From the IMG/VR virus record IMGVR_UViG_3300027418_000370: a DNA stretch of 64,000 bases. One strand, given 5' to 3'. How positions within the stretch are numbered: the first letter of the stretch is position 1; each line of letters begins with the position of its first letter. Made by a program: the position numbers and the translations under genes. Positions 51,101 to 59,069 of the stretch are shown in pieces. The notes under the pieces are model-generated. The model was not told where the DNA came from, did no database searches, and saw only the letters and a list, made by a program, of their open reading frames with translations. This stretch comes from a virus.

Positions 51101-53761
51101 AATGTAGGAGTTGGAACTATTTCTCCTCAAGCTAGATTCCATGTATCCGGCAGCATACTTGCCGGTGATATTACAGGAGCACAGACTTCAAACAATATCA
51201 CCATTTACCACGGCGGCGGTAACCTTACCGACGGAACAGTTCGTTCTTACTTTGAACTCACTAATCCTTCTGCTCCGTATACAAACACCGGCGATGCCTG
51301 GAACTGGAAACTAGCAACAGTTGCAAGACCGGGTAATAGCGGTAACTATAACAGCCAACTTGAAATTCTCAGATCTACTAGAGATACTGTTACTAACGAC
51401 CCTACAGTAGTATTTAATAGAAACGGTAATGTAGGTATTGGAACTACTGATCCTAAACGGATGTTACACGTAGAAAGCGGATCTATGCTCTTCTCTAGAG
51501 CACTAGGAGATGCAGACTACGATGCTATTAATATCGCTTACAGAGGATCTTGGAGTAGTTATACAAACAAGTTAGCTGGTATTAACGTTACCGATAGCAA
51601 TGCACTAAACCAGACAGTAGGTAGATTCGGTGTAACATACAACGGAAGCGTCGGAGTATTCACTGTTACGGACCTCTATAATGGAGGGTATGCAGCATCA
51701 GGAGACGTATTTAGAGCGGGAGGAAACGGAGTAATCAGCTTCCCTCAATACGGAGCAGGATATTTAAAAACAGATGCTAACGGAGCAATTTCAACAACAA
51801 CCCAGTTTACTGGATCTTTCCTAGGAAACGTAGACGGTAACGTAACCGGAACAGCCGGAAGTGAAACTCTAGCAACAGTAACCGGCAGAGGTAATATCAC
51901 TACCAGTAATATAGGCATCGGAGTAACTACTGCTCCGGTTAATCTCACTATTGGAAAGAATACAGCTGGTTCGACCGGATTCTTAGACTATATCAAAATT
52001 GGTTCGGATCTTCCTAGCTTTGGTGCTCAAGGAGGGTACCCGTCTTTACTAATCGGTACATTCGGTGTATATGATGCTTCAATAGCTACACAAGGTAATG
52101 ATTTAAGAATTCTAGCAGGTCGCGGTGTTAATACTGAAGACCATAACATACGATTCTATACTAGCTTTAACGGTACTGGAGGAGCCGCCGAAGACAATGA
52201 GCGGATGCGCATTACCCATACTGGTAACATAGGTATTGGAGTCACTAGCCCAGCTGCTAAGCTGGATGTAAGAGCAGGATCAGGCTTTATAAGACTTGGT
52301 TCCTACAATGATAATTATCATGTAAAAATCGAAGGAGGAGATCAGCTAAACTTCCGTAATGGAGCTTCCGCTGCTGTAGCGTATATTCAATACGCCGGTC
52401 CTGCAGATACCCTACTGGGACGTAACCTTTATGTAGAAGGAAATTCAAGCGGCGGTACAACAGGTGCTGTAAGAGTACAATCAGATGGTAACGTAGGTAT
52501 TGGTAATACTAGTCCGGGTTATAAATTAGATGTAAATGGAACAGGTAGGATTGTTAGTCAATTTATTCAAGGAGGTGGTACCGCTAGAGCTACAAGCGGA
52601 ACAACAATCGCATTTACACATAATACGGCTTATTCGGCAAATACAGACCTTCTTGATGCAGGTAGGTTCTTGTCAATAGTAAATGAATCAACTGTAACAA
52701 ACGCATATTCTGCTCTATCGTTTAGAGTTAACCCAAACAGCTCTGGCGGAGGAACCAATGCAATGCTTGATATGAAATTCGTGAATGCGAATAATGGTTC
52801 AAGCAACTTAATTTGGAGCTTCACATCAGGTGGTGGTTGGGCTGATAGAATGACTCTAACAAGTAATGGAAACTTAGGCATCGGTTCAACAGCTCCTGAA
52901 GGTAAACTCAACGTAGTTGGTGGAGCCGATGTTCTAATAGTAGAAGGATCAGGCTCTACAGCCAACACTACTATCATGGCCGTTGATGGAAATAACGGTA
53001 GATTATTTGAGGTAAGCGATGATCTAAGTGATTCCTTATTCAGTGTAAATACTATAGCCGGTCTACCGGTTATGGAAGCGTTTGCTGATAATACAGTAGT
53101 ATTAGGAGCTTATAATCAATGTGATTTAGTAATCTCAGGAAGTAAAGTAGGTATCGGTACTTGCAGTCCAGCAACTAAGCTTCATGTTCAAGGAGGTGCT
53201 GCAATGACCGGCGGATGGAATAAAAATATTACTCTAGCAGCTACATACCCTGTAGCTATATTTAACAGTAATAATAGCAAATACGCAGGTATAGGCTACG
53301 ATTACTCAGTAGACGGTATCCGCATCTGGACAAACGCTACAAGTAACGACGTTAACGGCACAGGATCTGAAAGATTATCAATAATAGCCGGTAATGTAGG
53401 TATCGGCTCAGGCACACCAGCCTACAAACTAGACGTAACCGGAACCATCCGTGCAACCGGTGATGTAATCGCCTATTCAGATGCTAGAGTAAAAGAAAAC
53501 GTAGTAACGCTAGAAAATTCTCTAGAAAAAGTACAGAATCTACGAGGAGTTTCGTATAATAAGATAGGAGAGTCTGAGAAGAAGATCGGTGTTATAGCAC
53601 AGGAAGTACTAGAAGTACTACCAGAAGTAGTATCTCAGGACTCTGAAGGAACTTATTCAGTTGCTTACGGTAACATTACAGCTATATTGATTGAAGCAAT
53701 CAAAGAACAGCAAAAGCAGATCGATGAATTGAAAGAAGAAATTAAAAAACTCAAAGGTTAA
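42119..53761 (+). CDS. Giant fibre protein (3880 aa) with fibrinogen-like insert and C-terminal S74 chaperone
   Basis: About 25 GNVGIG repeats by eye; N-terminus paralogous to the 31788 gene; AY|SDARVKENV...IGVIAQE at 53477 onward. Confidence 0.85.
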   Translation: MADIRIIPSIGAINVTGSAEFRGTAGTSLLYLSGSGLIGVGTTDPQSELHVVSSGTRFVTLDRSGTRSYDLGVNSSGTFLLTDNTEAADRIAISLSGSVGIGTTQPVEQLNVVGDVRFGNSSDYVRFSTENSNAKIELVDNNQSNPPTIYGNGPYMEFHNGGAQRIRLNSNGTVQFNAYGSGTNTGSAAYSLTVDSSGNIIESTLATVNGSGTANYIPKWSDSDTLTNSVIYETGGVIGIGITTPATRLALGSTQGSGIDFLYDTTNNYKNQIKNYWNSSTDTRMDFNIGRNSGVTPVTVMSVGYGGNVGIGSTAPEGKLNVVGSADVLIVEGSGSTANTTIMAVDGNNGRLFEVSDDLSDSLFSVNTIAGLPVMEAFADNRVVLGAYNQYDLYITGSRVGIGTSAPEAPLHILGNFDANNPKQLVIASREDAGSVYSGIQFERAGGGTFFGLGNDSRTDRDEIFVGGGFGSVTNATAFRVFTGAYGSTVGTERLSILSNGYVGIGTTSPGFKLDVRTGNQGDIASFRGTGYPITFATTGSAGNYYGTQMMMAADSGSTQAAFRLNTRYNSAVGSGVAFTIESSTNDQSYGQNPSALTYSEKFRITQDGNVGIGTASPGYKLQVNGNAKFDSDVYFYNTVLDPASNFATQRGAGFKASTGKFEVASSETALELSRFSTTGPVLSIRHSGSQVSHLDTDGGATFTGDVSIGGDLTVDGIITAKEFHTTFVSASIIYQSGSTQFGDSFDDTHTFRGGVEIIESNTVPTLTLTRDVSGTTYTYGQFTNAGSDFYVNSLAAIFINADSNSDSTSTDRIIKFGNRGSELMQLDASGNLGIGTTSPADLLHIDEGDIRINDGNNGTVRGLYIRHAGITGNVTSLVQDTSGSPRAHLKSSERSLWISAQSDGGGVSTETLRLYNNQNLGLAVDYSGSVGIGTTNPSTILHVYRGGTGTVYDLTLQSGDDSTGARHGILFRGGAANYEALIRTGNYGSYRSNLEFWVSNQTSGGSTLVQALSILSAGDVRLNEYGSGTVTGTAAYNLSVDSTGKIIETANPSLTGTGTANYVTKWSGTNSLTNSVIYDTGTNVGIGNTSPYTKFEVRGTIHSEVGASTIPQILLGSPGLNYGQIQNDGTGIWSLGYGATNAALGTPVLAWNSSGNVGIGITTPGAKLHVVGDISGSSEIRAQRGFFNPQYDDIYGLRVEPPNSGDKAVIYVNRGYGSHKGSGIYIVGANYTNNNNQAFVELNAGSYSGIDTRYIHAYDSAGTDFVVYGDGTVVAGKYQLTDNAAKHPSSSFQSPQEIIAAGLDEGNGLYYINPGGKLAAPIQVYVDFTTPDAQGETGWMLVASFTTDYTWGLDSTSTAAVLGSTAVNAFSANFGNYVVNDFRVHAAPSVDSGGTNSSGDWYYHRKEGVEWKKWWSEANSGLYPRSTAINPSVRDGLIGFDYSHNIKFNYTNTAHKSNGLSDAPGSVAYWDVLTTAGNTMSIQSLASDGTLGWSHNLTNTGQDIVSQHSIVGYDDGNIVARYGDAFDTADVGNGSGGTSETTKLWLWVKGKTVRGGWTDGDGYVYTEDTGSNVGIGTRAPADKLHVQATSGNGLTIITNDVSTIKMKSSTGGTKSWGFATTNLAASDFGIYQSDSNGGDPISAGTAKLYFKSDGNVGIGTTSPDATIHVYSTADTSGMVGNFRRGINGLNEYTYIKVGNSAPAYFGNMLLSDDVAYISRAADPTGGNGLFVQGSGNVGIGTKSPSQRLHVYGGYIKASDDGTTTAFMQGGGSNGYAYFGALGNGPAAFGNSENWTTLVADGGNVGIGSTAPNKKFVVTGAANDEWIATFTNSGTTPYGVYVDTSANSGTAYSFAVYTNAGNGLFVRNNGNVGVGTSSPASGIKLDVSGSVSVAGDEGLRLGYVGDHGAYDNVKITYSGYNGGSPEVIFTPRTTPGSGELTTFFRFKNSNGTASNNNLASVSVDNDLEVGGDLTVDGIITAKEFHTTFVSASIIYQSGSTKFGNSSDDIHYFTGNIGVNVSDPQAPLEVKGASNTPADGNEVISVTNTTGNTKLLLGVAENSYGWIQAAEGSSDRNILLNPNGGHTIVGATSKLSAYGADFTTLSVQTQTGDNAAIIELGGNRTANPGNQNGMIQFFNKTGTATEVNRISSIQGSDVTSGSISFHTNYGGTFSEKVRISDNGDVGIGTDSPKTKLAVADDAPNSTLTAGNAVLDVYGTAATARTDNSSLDILRLHRNNDATPSKASTFAIGLSFHEDPGNNYPRTRADFKTTGRTTDDSDVALTVMSVVDTGRIGVGTTDPTNRITAYQGGGVRVSGIASGGYIEMSGDLPGYSANQYPVIKSGGTIHFANNNKYSAYIEGANTYFGLLDSTTTTKVLLRTSGNSYLNGGNVGIGIAAPGYKLEVAGDARVQSNTFLATDANSYVNIGASYVSTTTASDTKLILQGKNVTDAGTNYYGDFGQILLWSNSNYSASSRRFLITNAHKINQFAIIRSDDATTTPTIGQGGLVSNGTADFIIDYYSGAVGIGQTNPAYKLHVEGDTGIGANYAFKARYTTSDNYHGSFRWAGLQLGNNGTNRIVAGRTGVGGSLDFWVNNTNDASDYSVTPDGTRVLTLYSTGTAGFTGGVSAASFTGSLQGNITGTAASETLATVVARGNSTSTNIRVQRPSNKVDNNGNPTEFGSRVEFNNAFATNESGYMIFRFPTYNNFLISGDYDGNIGGAIPNIQFGRQSTVYMHINSSDGNVGIGTTAPDSTLHVHSSSPIITVSNSDTSIIDGQVIGQVDFKSFDGSTNMTNVFGSIRTEAQGTLDNGVDDGGKMVFSTFKQSTTLVDQMVIDREGNVGIGNTTPTSTLEVGGQVLISATAPLLDFVDTNSFTDTNDRFRVRAGGNEGLIQWYDNSASSLLSIMTFQPNGDVIVPNGNVGIGVTDPERKLEVKSDTTYDGILIDTLSAPEIVLRDRGNSDTLIGTGRHGLDDFHIDTYAGNAFFIKGSSRNVGVGTISPQARFHVSGSILAGDITGAQTSNNITIYHGGGNLTDGTVRSYFELTNPSAPYTNTGDAWNWKLATVARPGNSGNYNSQLEILRSTRDTVTNDPTVVFNRNGNVGIGTTDPKRMLHVESGSMLFSRALGDADYDAINIAYRGSWSSYTNKLAGINVTDSNALNQTVGRFGVTYNGSVGVFTVTDLYNGGYAASGDVFRAGGNGVISFPQYGAGYLKTDANGAISTTTQFTGSFLGNVDGNVTGTAGSETLATVTGRGNITTSNIGIGVTTAPVNLTIGKNTAGSTGFLDYIKIGSDLPSFGAQGGYPSLLIGTFGVYDASIATQGNDLRILAGRGVNTEDHNIRFYTSFNGTGGAAEDNERMRITHTGNIGIGVTSPAAKLDVRAGSGFIRLGSYNDNYHVKIEGGDQLNFRNGASAAVAYIQYAGPADTLLGRNLYVEGNSSGGTTGAVRVQSDGNVGIGNTSPGYKLDVNGTGRIVSQFIQGGGTARATSGTTIAFTHNTAYSANTDLLDAGRFLSIVNESTVTNAYSALSFRVNPNSSGGGTNAMLDMKFVNANNGSSNLIWSFTSGGGWADRMTLTSNGNLGIGSTAPEGKLNVVGGADVLIVEGSGSTANTTIMAVDGNNGRLFEVSDDLSDSLFSVNTIAGLPVMEAFADNTVVLGAYNQCDLVISGSKVGIGTCSPATKLHVQGGAAMTGGWNKNITLAATYPVAIFNSNNSKYAGIGYDYSVDGIRIWTNATSNDVNGTGSERLSIIAGNVGIGSGTPAYKLDVTGTIRATGDVIAYSDARVKENVVTLENSLEKVQNLRGVSYNKIGESEKKIGVIAQEVLEVLPEVVSQDSEGTYSVAYGNITAILIEAIKEQQKQIDELKEEIKKLKG

Positions 53762-54420
53762 TGTCACTCCACCACAATCCTAGAATAGTAACAAGCGGAT
53801 TACAGCTAGCCTTAGATGCTGCTGATACTAATTCATACCCAGGTACAGGTACTACGTGGTATGACTTAACTGAGAATGGATATCAAGCTACGATGTCTAA
53901 TATGACAGCAGGTAACTGGGTGACTTATAACGGAGTTAAAGCTTTTGAAACTACCGATACAGGTAACCAGGGATTTAGAATAACAAGCTTTCCTTTCCCT
54001 CAGAATGGAAGAACATATGAGATATGGCTTAACTCTAAAAGCTTTGCTATAGGATGGCAGACATGGTTTGACGACGGAGGAGGAGAAAGAGTGTTATTTG
54101 GAACATATGCCAATGATATATTTGTATACCCGTCAGCTAACTTTACAGGAGGATTGGTCGCCGGAGAATGGTATCAGCTATCATATACAATGACAGGAGG
54201 TAACGGCTCTCTTATTACAGGATATAAAAACGGATCTTCTGTCGGTACAGGAACATACGGCGATACAATAGCAACATCCGGTACTTTATACCTTTTAGGA
54301 GACGCCGGTAGTGAGATTACCTCATGCTACTGTGCTATTGCTAGGGTATACAACAGAGTACTATCCGCAGATGAAATTGCTCAAAACTACGAAGCTACTA
54401 AAACACGATTTGGATTATGA
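53761..54420 (+). CDS. LamG-like lectin-domain protein, short type
   Basis: GLQLALDAADTNSYPGTGTTWYDL, TYEIW, YNRVLSADE; ends KTRFGL. Confidence 0.8.
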   Translation: MSLHHNPRIVTSGLQLALDAADTNSYPGTGTTWYDLTENGYQATMSNMTAGNWVTYNGVKAFETTDTGNQGFRITSFPFPQNGRTYEIWLNSKSFAIGWQTWFDDGGGERVLFGTYANDIFVYPSANFTGGLVAGEWYQLSYTMTGGNGSLITGYKNGSSVGTGTYGDTIATSGTLYLLGDAGSEITSCYCAIARVYNRVLSADEIAQNYEATKTRFGL

Positions 54421-54554
54421 GAACAGTAGTACATGAAACAGATAAGGATGGAAATGAATGCTGGACTATCTATTTAGATAATCATCAGTTAAGTATCTAC
54501 TATACTGAAGAAGAAGCACAGGCTAACATTAATAATGTTCAGTTAAAAGACTAG
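54417..54554 (+). CDS. Small hypothetical protein (not in ORF track)
   Basis: Hand translation, 45 aa: MRTVVHETDKDGNECWTIYLDNHQLSIYYTEEEAQANINNVQLKD. ATGA overlap; fills the gap. Confidence 0.55.
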   Translation: MRTVVHETDKDGNECWTIYLDNHQLSIYYTEEEAQANINNVQLKD

Positions 54555-54558
54555 TATC

Positions 54559-55764
54559 ATGCCAACAGCAGTAGGACCAAATACAAAAGGAGAAGAGAAT
54601 CTAGTCTTTGGCTATGATTTAGGAGATGCTAGGAATTCTTATAAAGGAGAGCCTACTACTAACTACATCACAACGATGGCAGCAAATTTAGGAGGTAATG
54701 TAAGTTTATCGTACCCCTTAAATGTCTATATCTGTACTGCACAAGAAACCAATGTAGCAGACCCAACTGCTCCTGGAGGACAGTACTCTAGATTTACAGG
54801 AAACACAGACAGCGACAATAACCAGCTCTTTACATCGTTTGTAGATGGTAGTGTAAACGCCCGCAACACAACTGTAGCATATAGCGTGTACCTTAAAGGA
54901 ACTGGCACATGTCACCTTACAGTCTATTCTGATATAGCTGGGTATAGCACCACACCTACAATCACTCTTACCAGTAAATGGACTAGATACTCTATCGTTC
55001 AAGCAGTAGGTAATTACACAACACATGCTTGGGTAGCTGTTAGAGGTATACTGACTAGCACAAATGTCTACGTGGCTGCCCAGCAAATAGAGTTTAACTC
55101 ACATATTACTCCTTTTGTAAACGGAACCCGATCAGCCACCCAAGGCTTAATAGATCTCACAGGCAATTCAACAATCGATCTAACAAACGTATCATTTGAC
55201 AGTAATGCACAAATGACTTTTGATGGTTCAAATGATATTATTAATTTAGGAAGTAGTTTAAATAGTTACAATACGCCTACTATTGAAGCAGTATTTAAAT
55301 CAAACTCTGCAAGCGGGACTGACTTTAAGGTAATTATAGGATGGGGAGCTTTCTCTTCAGGGAACTACTCAGGAATACATTTAGGAGCCGGCACTAGTGC
55401 ATATCCTGATGAATCCTTAACAGTTTGGATAAACGGGCAGACTCTACAAATGGCTGTAAGAAAAGGACATGGATATTATCACGATAATAAATACCATCAC
55501 GTGGTAGTTACACTTGCTCCCGGAGCTAACAAGATTTATATCGACGGGGTAGAAGAAACTGTTGATTTTGATTATGGATCGGTTAATACAAATAGTGGAG
55601 GATTTAGTCAAACAAACAACGTTACTTACATAGGAAGACGTTCATATAGTAGTGGTTACTTTTTCAATGGTCCAATACCTTTACTAAAAGTATATAACCG
55701 AGCACTCACAGCCTCAGAAGTCAAATCAAACTATAACGCCATCAAAGGCAGATTTAATATTTAG
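54559..55764 (+). CDS. LamG-like lectin-domain protein, long type
   Basis: GEPTTN, TPFVNGTRS, FDGSND, YHHVVVT, KIYIDG, YNRALT; ends KGRFNI. Confidence 0.8.
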   Translation: MPTAVGPNTKGEENLVFGYDLGDARNSYKGEPTTNYITTMAANLGGNVSLSYPLNVYICTAQETNVADPTAPGGQYSRFTGNTDSDNNQLFTSFVDGSVNARNTTVAYSVYLKGTGTCHLTVYSDIAGYSTTPTITLTSKWTRYSIVQAVGNYTTHAWVAVRGILTSTNVYVAAQQIEFNSHITPFVNGTRSATQGLIDLTGNSTIDLTNVSFDSNAQMTFDGSNDIINLGSSLNSYNTPTIEAVFKSNSASGTDFKVIIGWGAFSSGNYSGIHLGAGTSAYPDESLTVWINGQTLQMAVRKGHGYYHDNKYHHVVVTLAPGANKIYIDGVEETVDFDYGSVNTNSGGFSQTNNVTYIGRRSYSSGYFFNGPIPLLKVYNRALTASEVKSNYNAIKGRFNI

Positions 55765-55770
55765 TAAGTT

Positions 55771-56841
55771 ATGGCAGTAAGACACGGATACGGAAAGATA
55801 GCAGGTACTGATGCATTAGTATTTGCATACGATACTGGAGATACTAGAAATAGTTATAGGGGAGAGCCTACAACTAACCTGTATGGAAACTGGAATGCTT
55901 ATACCGGAGGAAGTTACGAAGTACTAGACAACAATACGAACTACATAAAGTTACTAGCTTCAGCCGGAACTCCATGGGCAGGTCAGTTTACAGCTGCAGT
56001 ATCTGCAGGAACTTACACAGTATCTTTCCAGCATAGAACTGATGATGGCGGAAGTAATAACTTTAATATTGACAATGACTCCCAGGATGATAACATCTGG
56101 AACGCCAATATAACCACAACAACTGAATGGCAAACCTACACCAGTACCAAAACCCATACTGGAAGTGGTAACCACCTATTATACTTCAGACGTAACGGTG
56201 GAGCTGGAAATATCTATATTAGAAATGTACAGATTGAATTAAAATCTCACGCTACGCCATTCATTAAGGGTACTCGCTCGGCAACACAAGGTTTATTGGA
56301 CCTGACAGGCAATTATCCTATTGATTTAGCAAACGTATCATTTGACAGTAATGCACAAATATACTTTGACGGCTCAAACGACTATATTGATATACTAAAT
56401 AGTACAACCCTACTCTCAGGTACTCAAGATCTAACAGTAGAAGCTGCTTATAATATGCAAGGACAAGGCGGAGGAGAGATCCTTGGAAATTATGGATCGG
56501 GCTATACTACAGACCATTTATGGTTTTCCGGTATGTACGGTATTTGGCTAAATGGCGGAGTTTATGCTCCAGGCTATCCGCTTGCCAACGGGAGATACCA
56601 TATGGTAGGTACTAGAGAGAGCGGAGTAATGAAACTGTACCTTAATGGAGTACTTGTAAACTCCGGAACTAGAGCAGCTTCTATTGCAACAGATATTGAT
56701 TATAGAATAGGAGCTGATGTTAATGGAGCAGCTGAAGATTTTACCGGAGAGATATACGTAGTAAAAGCTTATAGTAGAGCACTCTCAGCCGCTGAAGTAC
56801 TTAATAACTACAACTTCTATAAATCCCGCTTTAACCTCTAA
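55771..56841 (+). CDS. LamG-like lectin-domain protein, long type
   Basis: GEPTTN, TPFIKGTRS, FDGSND, YHMVGT, KLYLNG, YSRALS; ends KSRFNL. Confidence 0.8.
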   Translation: MAVRHGYGKIAGTDALVFAYDTGDTRNSYRGEPTTNLYGNWNAYTGGSYEVLDNNTNYIKLLASAGTPWAGQFTAAVSAGTYTVSFQHRTDDGGSNNFNIDNDSQDDNIWNANITTTTEWQTYTSTKTHTGSGNHLLYFRRNGGAGNIYIRNVQIELKSHATPFIKGTRSATQGLLDLTGNYPIDLANVSFDSNAQIYFDGSNDYIDILNSTTLLSGTQDLTVEAAYNMQGQGGGEILGNYGSGYTTDHLWFSGMYGIWLNGGVYAPGYPLANGRYHMVGTRESGVMKLYLNGVLVNSGTRAASIATDIDYRIGADVNGAAEDFTGEIYVVKAYSRALSAAEVLNNYNFYKSRFNL

Positions 56842-56843
56842 TC

Positions 56844-56851
56844 TATTTATA
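56844..56851 (+). promoter_or_regulatory. TATTTATA putative late promoter motif
   Basis: Upstream of ATG 56862. Confidence 0.6.
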
Positions 56852-56861
56852 TAAAAAAGCT

Positions 56862-57200
56862 ATGAGCAGATTTCCTAACAGACGCTGGTTAGTCATACCA
56901 GCTACCGAAGTAGAGAACGTAGACTTTAATCAGGTTCTAGAATCTTCAGCAGATACTTTAAGATATTCTGTAGACGGAAGTGAAACTTTCGTTAAATACG
57001 AAGTATCAGTATTAGAAGAGCCTTATTCATATACCTATACTGACCTTGAAACCGAAGAAGAAGTAACTACTACAGTAGAAGCCGGAGTGTACGGAAGACC
57101 TTCTATCTACTCAGAATCATTTACCGAGTATGATCATGAGGGTATCTTAGCATTGCTAGCAACCGAGGCTTGGACAGCACCAATTCAAGATCTAGTATAA
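56862..57200 (+). CDS. Hypothetical protein, possible fibre assembly factor
   Basis: 112 aa, acidic; VDFNQVLESSADTLRYSVDG..TFVKY. Confidence 0.65.
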   Translation: MSRFPNRRWLVIPATEVENVDFNQVLESSADTLRYSVDGSETFVKYEVSVLEEPYSYTYTDLETEEEVTTTVEAGVYGRPSIYSESFTEYDHEGILALLATEAWTAPIQDLV

Positions 57201-57204
57201 GATT

Positions 57205-58296
57205 ATGGCAGTACCGGGAACAGGAGAGATATCATTAGGTAAGATCAGACAGGAGTTACAGGCAGCTAATTATACTAGCGGCCCGTATACTGCTGCAGCT
57301 ACTGGATTAGATCCGGCCGAGAATGGTACGTACGCTACTATCAATACATGTTCTCCTTATTATCCGCTATCAGCCAATCCGGCTAAGATGTCTGAATGGT
57401 ACGGATACGATCATGATGCTCCGTGTCCGGCTTCTCTCTATGCACTAGATGATGGAGGAGATCCATCACAGCAGAATATGCTGTACGATGGAGGCGATTA
57501 TTATGATGCTAACGTAAGTACAGCAGCCCCTAATGCTCTAGGTACATGGAGTATTAACGTATGGGTGAAAGTATATTCTTCATCTGCTACTCAAGGGTAC
57601 TGGTTTGGATTAAGAGATACATTAAGCGGAGGCGATCAGTTAGTAATCTATCATACTGGAGATGTTGACTCTACTGGTAAACCAATGATCTTCTGTGCAA
57701 TACAAGACGGAGCTGGAAATCAGGCAGCAATTGACGTAGTACTTAACGATACCGCTAATACAAGCATTACAGGTATAGGTCCAAGTAAAGCATGGACAAA
57801 TACTACGTCTGGAAACCAAGGATATACTAATAGTAACGGCTATACTATGATTACTGTTGTATATGACTACAATGCATTTAATACCGATGACTTTATACAG
57901 ATGTATTGGAATGGAGATAGATTAAATGCACCCTTTACAACCTCCCCAGGTACACACACATCTCAGTGTTACGGTGACGTGTATACAGACAATAGATGGG
58001 GAAATACAGAATGTATGGTAGGCGGATTTGTACCATCAGAACTATCCTCGGGTTTATACATAGATGAACTATCTCTCTTTTACAGCAAAGCCCTATCTAG
58101 TACAGAGGTGTCTCAATTATGGAACACCGGCACAGTACTTACATACGGTGAAGTAACCGGATCAGGAGGAGCTAATACATCTAACCTGCTTCATTATGCT
58201 TTTGAAGAGGACGGAAATAAGGGTAAAGACTCAGGACCAAATAGTTATAACTTACAGGAATATAATACTCCAGCCCTAACAAGCGATCACGCCTAA
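57205..58296 (+). CDS. Adhesin-like protein with LamG-like domain
   Basis: N-terminal MAVPGTGEISLGKI...MSEWYGYDH segment, then WSINVWVK, MITVVYD, MYWNG and IDELSLFYSKALS..EV. Confidence 0.65.
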   Translation: MAVPGTGEISLGKIRQELQAANYTSGPYTAAATGLDPAENGTYATINTCSPYYPLSANPAKMSEWYGYDHDAPCPASLYALDDGGDPSQQNMLYDGGDYYDANVSTAAPNALGTWSINVWVKVYSSSATQGYWFGLRDTLSGGDQLVIYHTGDVDSTGKPMIFCAIQDGAGNQAAIDVVLNDTANTSITGIGPSKAWTNTTSGNQGYTNSNGYTMITVVYDYNAFNTDDFIQMYWNGDRLNAPFTTSPGTHTSQCYGDVYTDNRWGNTECMVGGFVPSELSSGLYIDELSLFYSKALSSTEVSQLWNTGTVLTYGEVTGSGGANTSNLLHYAFEEDGNKGKDSGPNSYNLQEYNTPALTSDHA

Positions 58297-58312
58297 TTAT
58301 AATAAAAGGACT

Positions 58313-58477
58313 ATGGAAGATAAGGGTTTAGGAGATACTATTGCTAGAGTCACTCATGCTACCGGCATAGATCGATTAGCACAAAAGATAGCAGAAGCAA
58401 GAGGAAAGTCTGACTGCGGATGCAAGAAAAGACAAGAATATATCAACCAATTGATTCCATATAAAAAGAAAGACTAA
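58313..58477 (+). CDS. Small GLGD...CGC protein (not in ORF track)
   Basis: Hand translation, 54 aa: MEDKGLGDTIARVTHATGIDRLAQKIAEARGKSDCGCKKRQEYINQLIPYKKKD. TAATG overlap with the next gene. Confidence 0.7.
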   Translation: MEDKGLGDTIARVTHATGIDRLAQKIAEARGKSDCGCKKRQEYINQLIPYKKKD

Positions 58478-58695
58478 TGGCAACAAAATACAGAGTTTAC
58501 AAACAGCTCATCCCTGTACCTTTAAACACAGACGATCCTACATGGGCAAAACGCCAGATCTGGGTACAGAAACTTAACTCAGAAGATACTATTGATGAGT
58601 TTGATACCTTAGCAGAAGCTGAAGCTAAAAGAGATGAATTAACAGCTGCTGACGAGACTGGAAGAATCTACAAAGTAGAAGAGATTACAGAATAA
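58477..58695 (+). CDS. Hypothetical protein
   Basis: 72 aa, translationally coupled to the previous gene. Confidence 0.65.
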   Translation: MATKYRVYKQLIPVPLNTDDPTWAKRQIWVQKLNSEDTIDEFDTLAEAEAKRDELTAADETGRIYKVEEITE

Positions 58696-58697
58696 CA

Positions 58698-58705
58698 TAT
58701 TTATA
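58698..58705 (+). promoter_or_regulatory. TATTTATA putative late promoter motif
   Basis: Upstream of ATG 58716. Confidence 0.6.
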
Positions 58706-58715
58706 CTAAAACACC

Positions 58716-59069
58716 ATGGCATTAGAGCAAGCTTACACTAGATTTGGCCACGAATTCGCCAACGCTTATCACAAAATTAACTCTCTTAGTTATAATATTA
58801 ACGAGAGGATGGAAACTACTTACAGCGAAGAAGTAGCAGAAGACGGTACTATTACTAGAACCCCTACTACAGCTATCAAACAAGATGTAAGAGCCAACGT
58901 AAACGTTACTATCTATCCTTCTGCTGCTGAAAGAGAGAAACTAGGAGAAGTTCTAGGAGGAACTAGCTACAACTTTGAAATCGACTTAGATTCTGAGTTA
59001 AACTGGATCGAGCAAGCCTACGAACATTTAAAAACTTTAGATAATTACGCTACAGCGTTGGATATTTAA
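58716..59069 (+). CDS. Hypothetical protein
   Basis: 117 aa, ends QAYEHLKTL...ALDI; has its own upstream motif. Confidence 0.65.
   Translation: MALEQAYTRFGHEFANAYHKINSLSYNINERMETTYSEEVAEDGTITRTPTTAIKQDVRANVNVTIYPSAAEREKLGEVLGGTSYNFEIDLDSELNWIEQAYEHLKTLDNYATALDI

Noticed and set aside
24740-53420. ggtaacgtaggtattgg repeats as a CRISPR array or invertase crossover sites
   Set aside because: They are irregularly spaced, in frame, degenerate at third positions and encode GNVGIG. No cas or recombinase gene and no inverted cassettes were seen.
31788-56841. Diversity-generating retroelement acting on fibre or lectin genes
   Set aside because: No reverse transcriptase is in the window. The repeat pairs are all coding, and the pair I compared differs mainly at synonymous sites of any base rather than at adenines.
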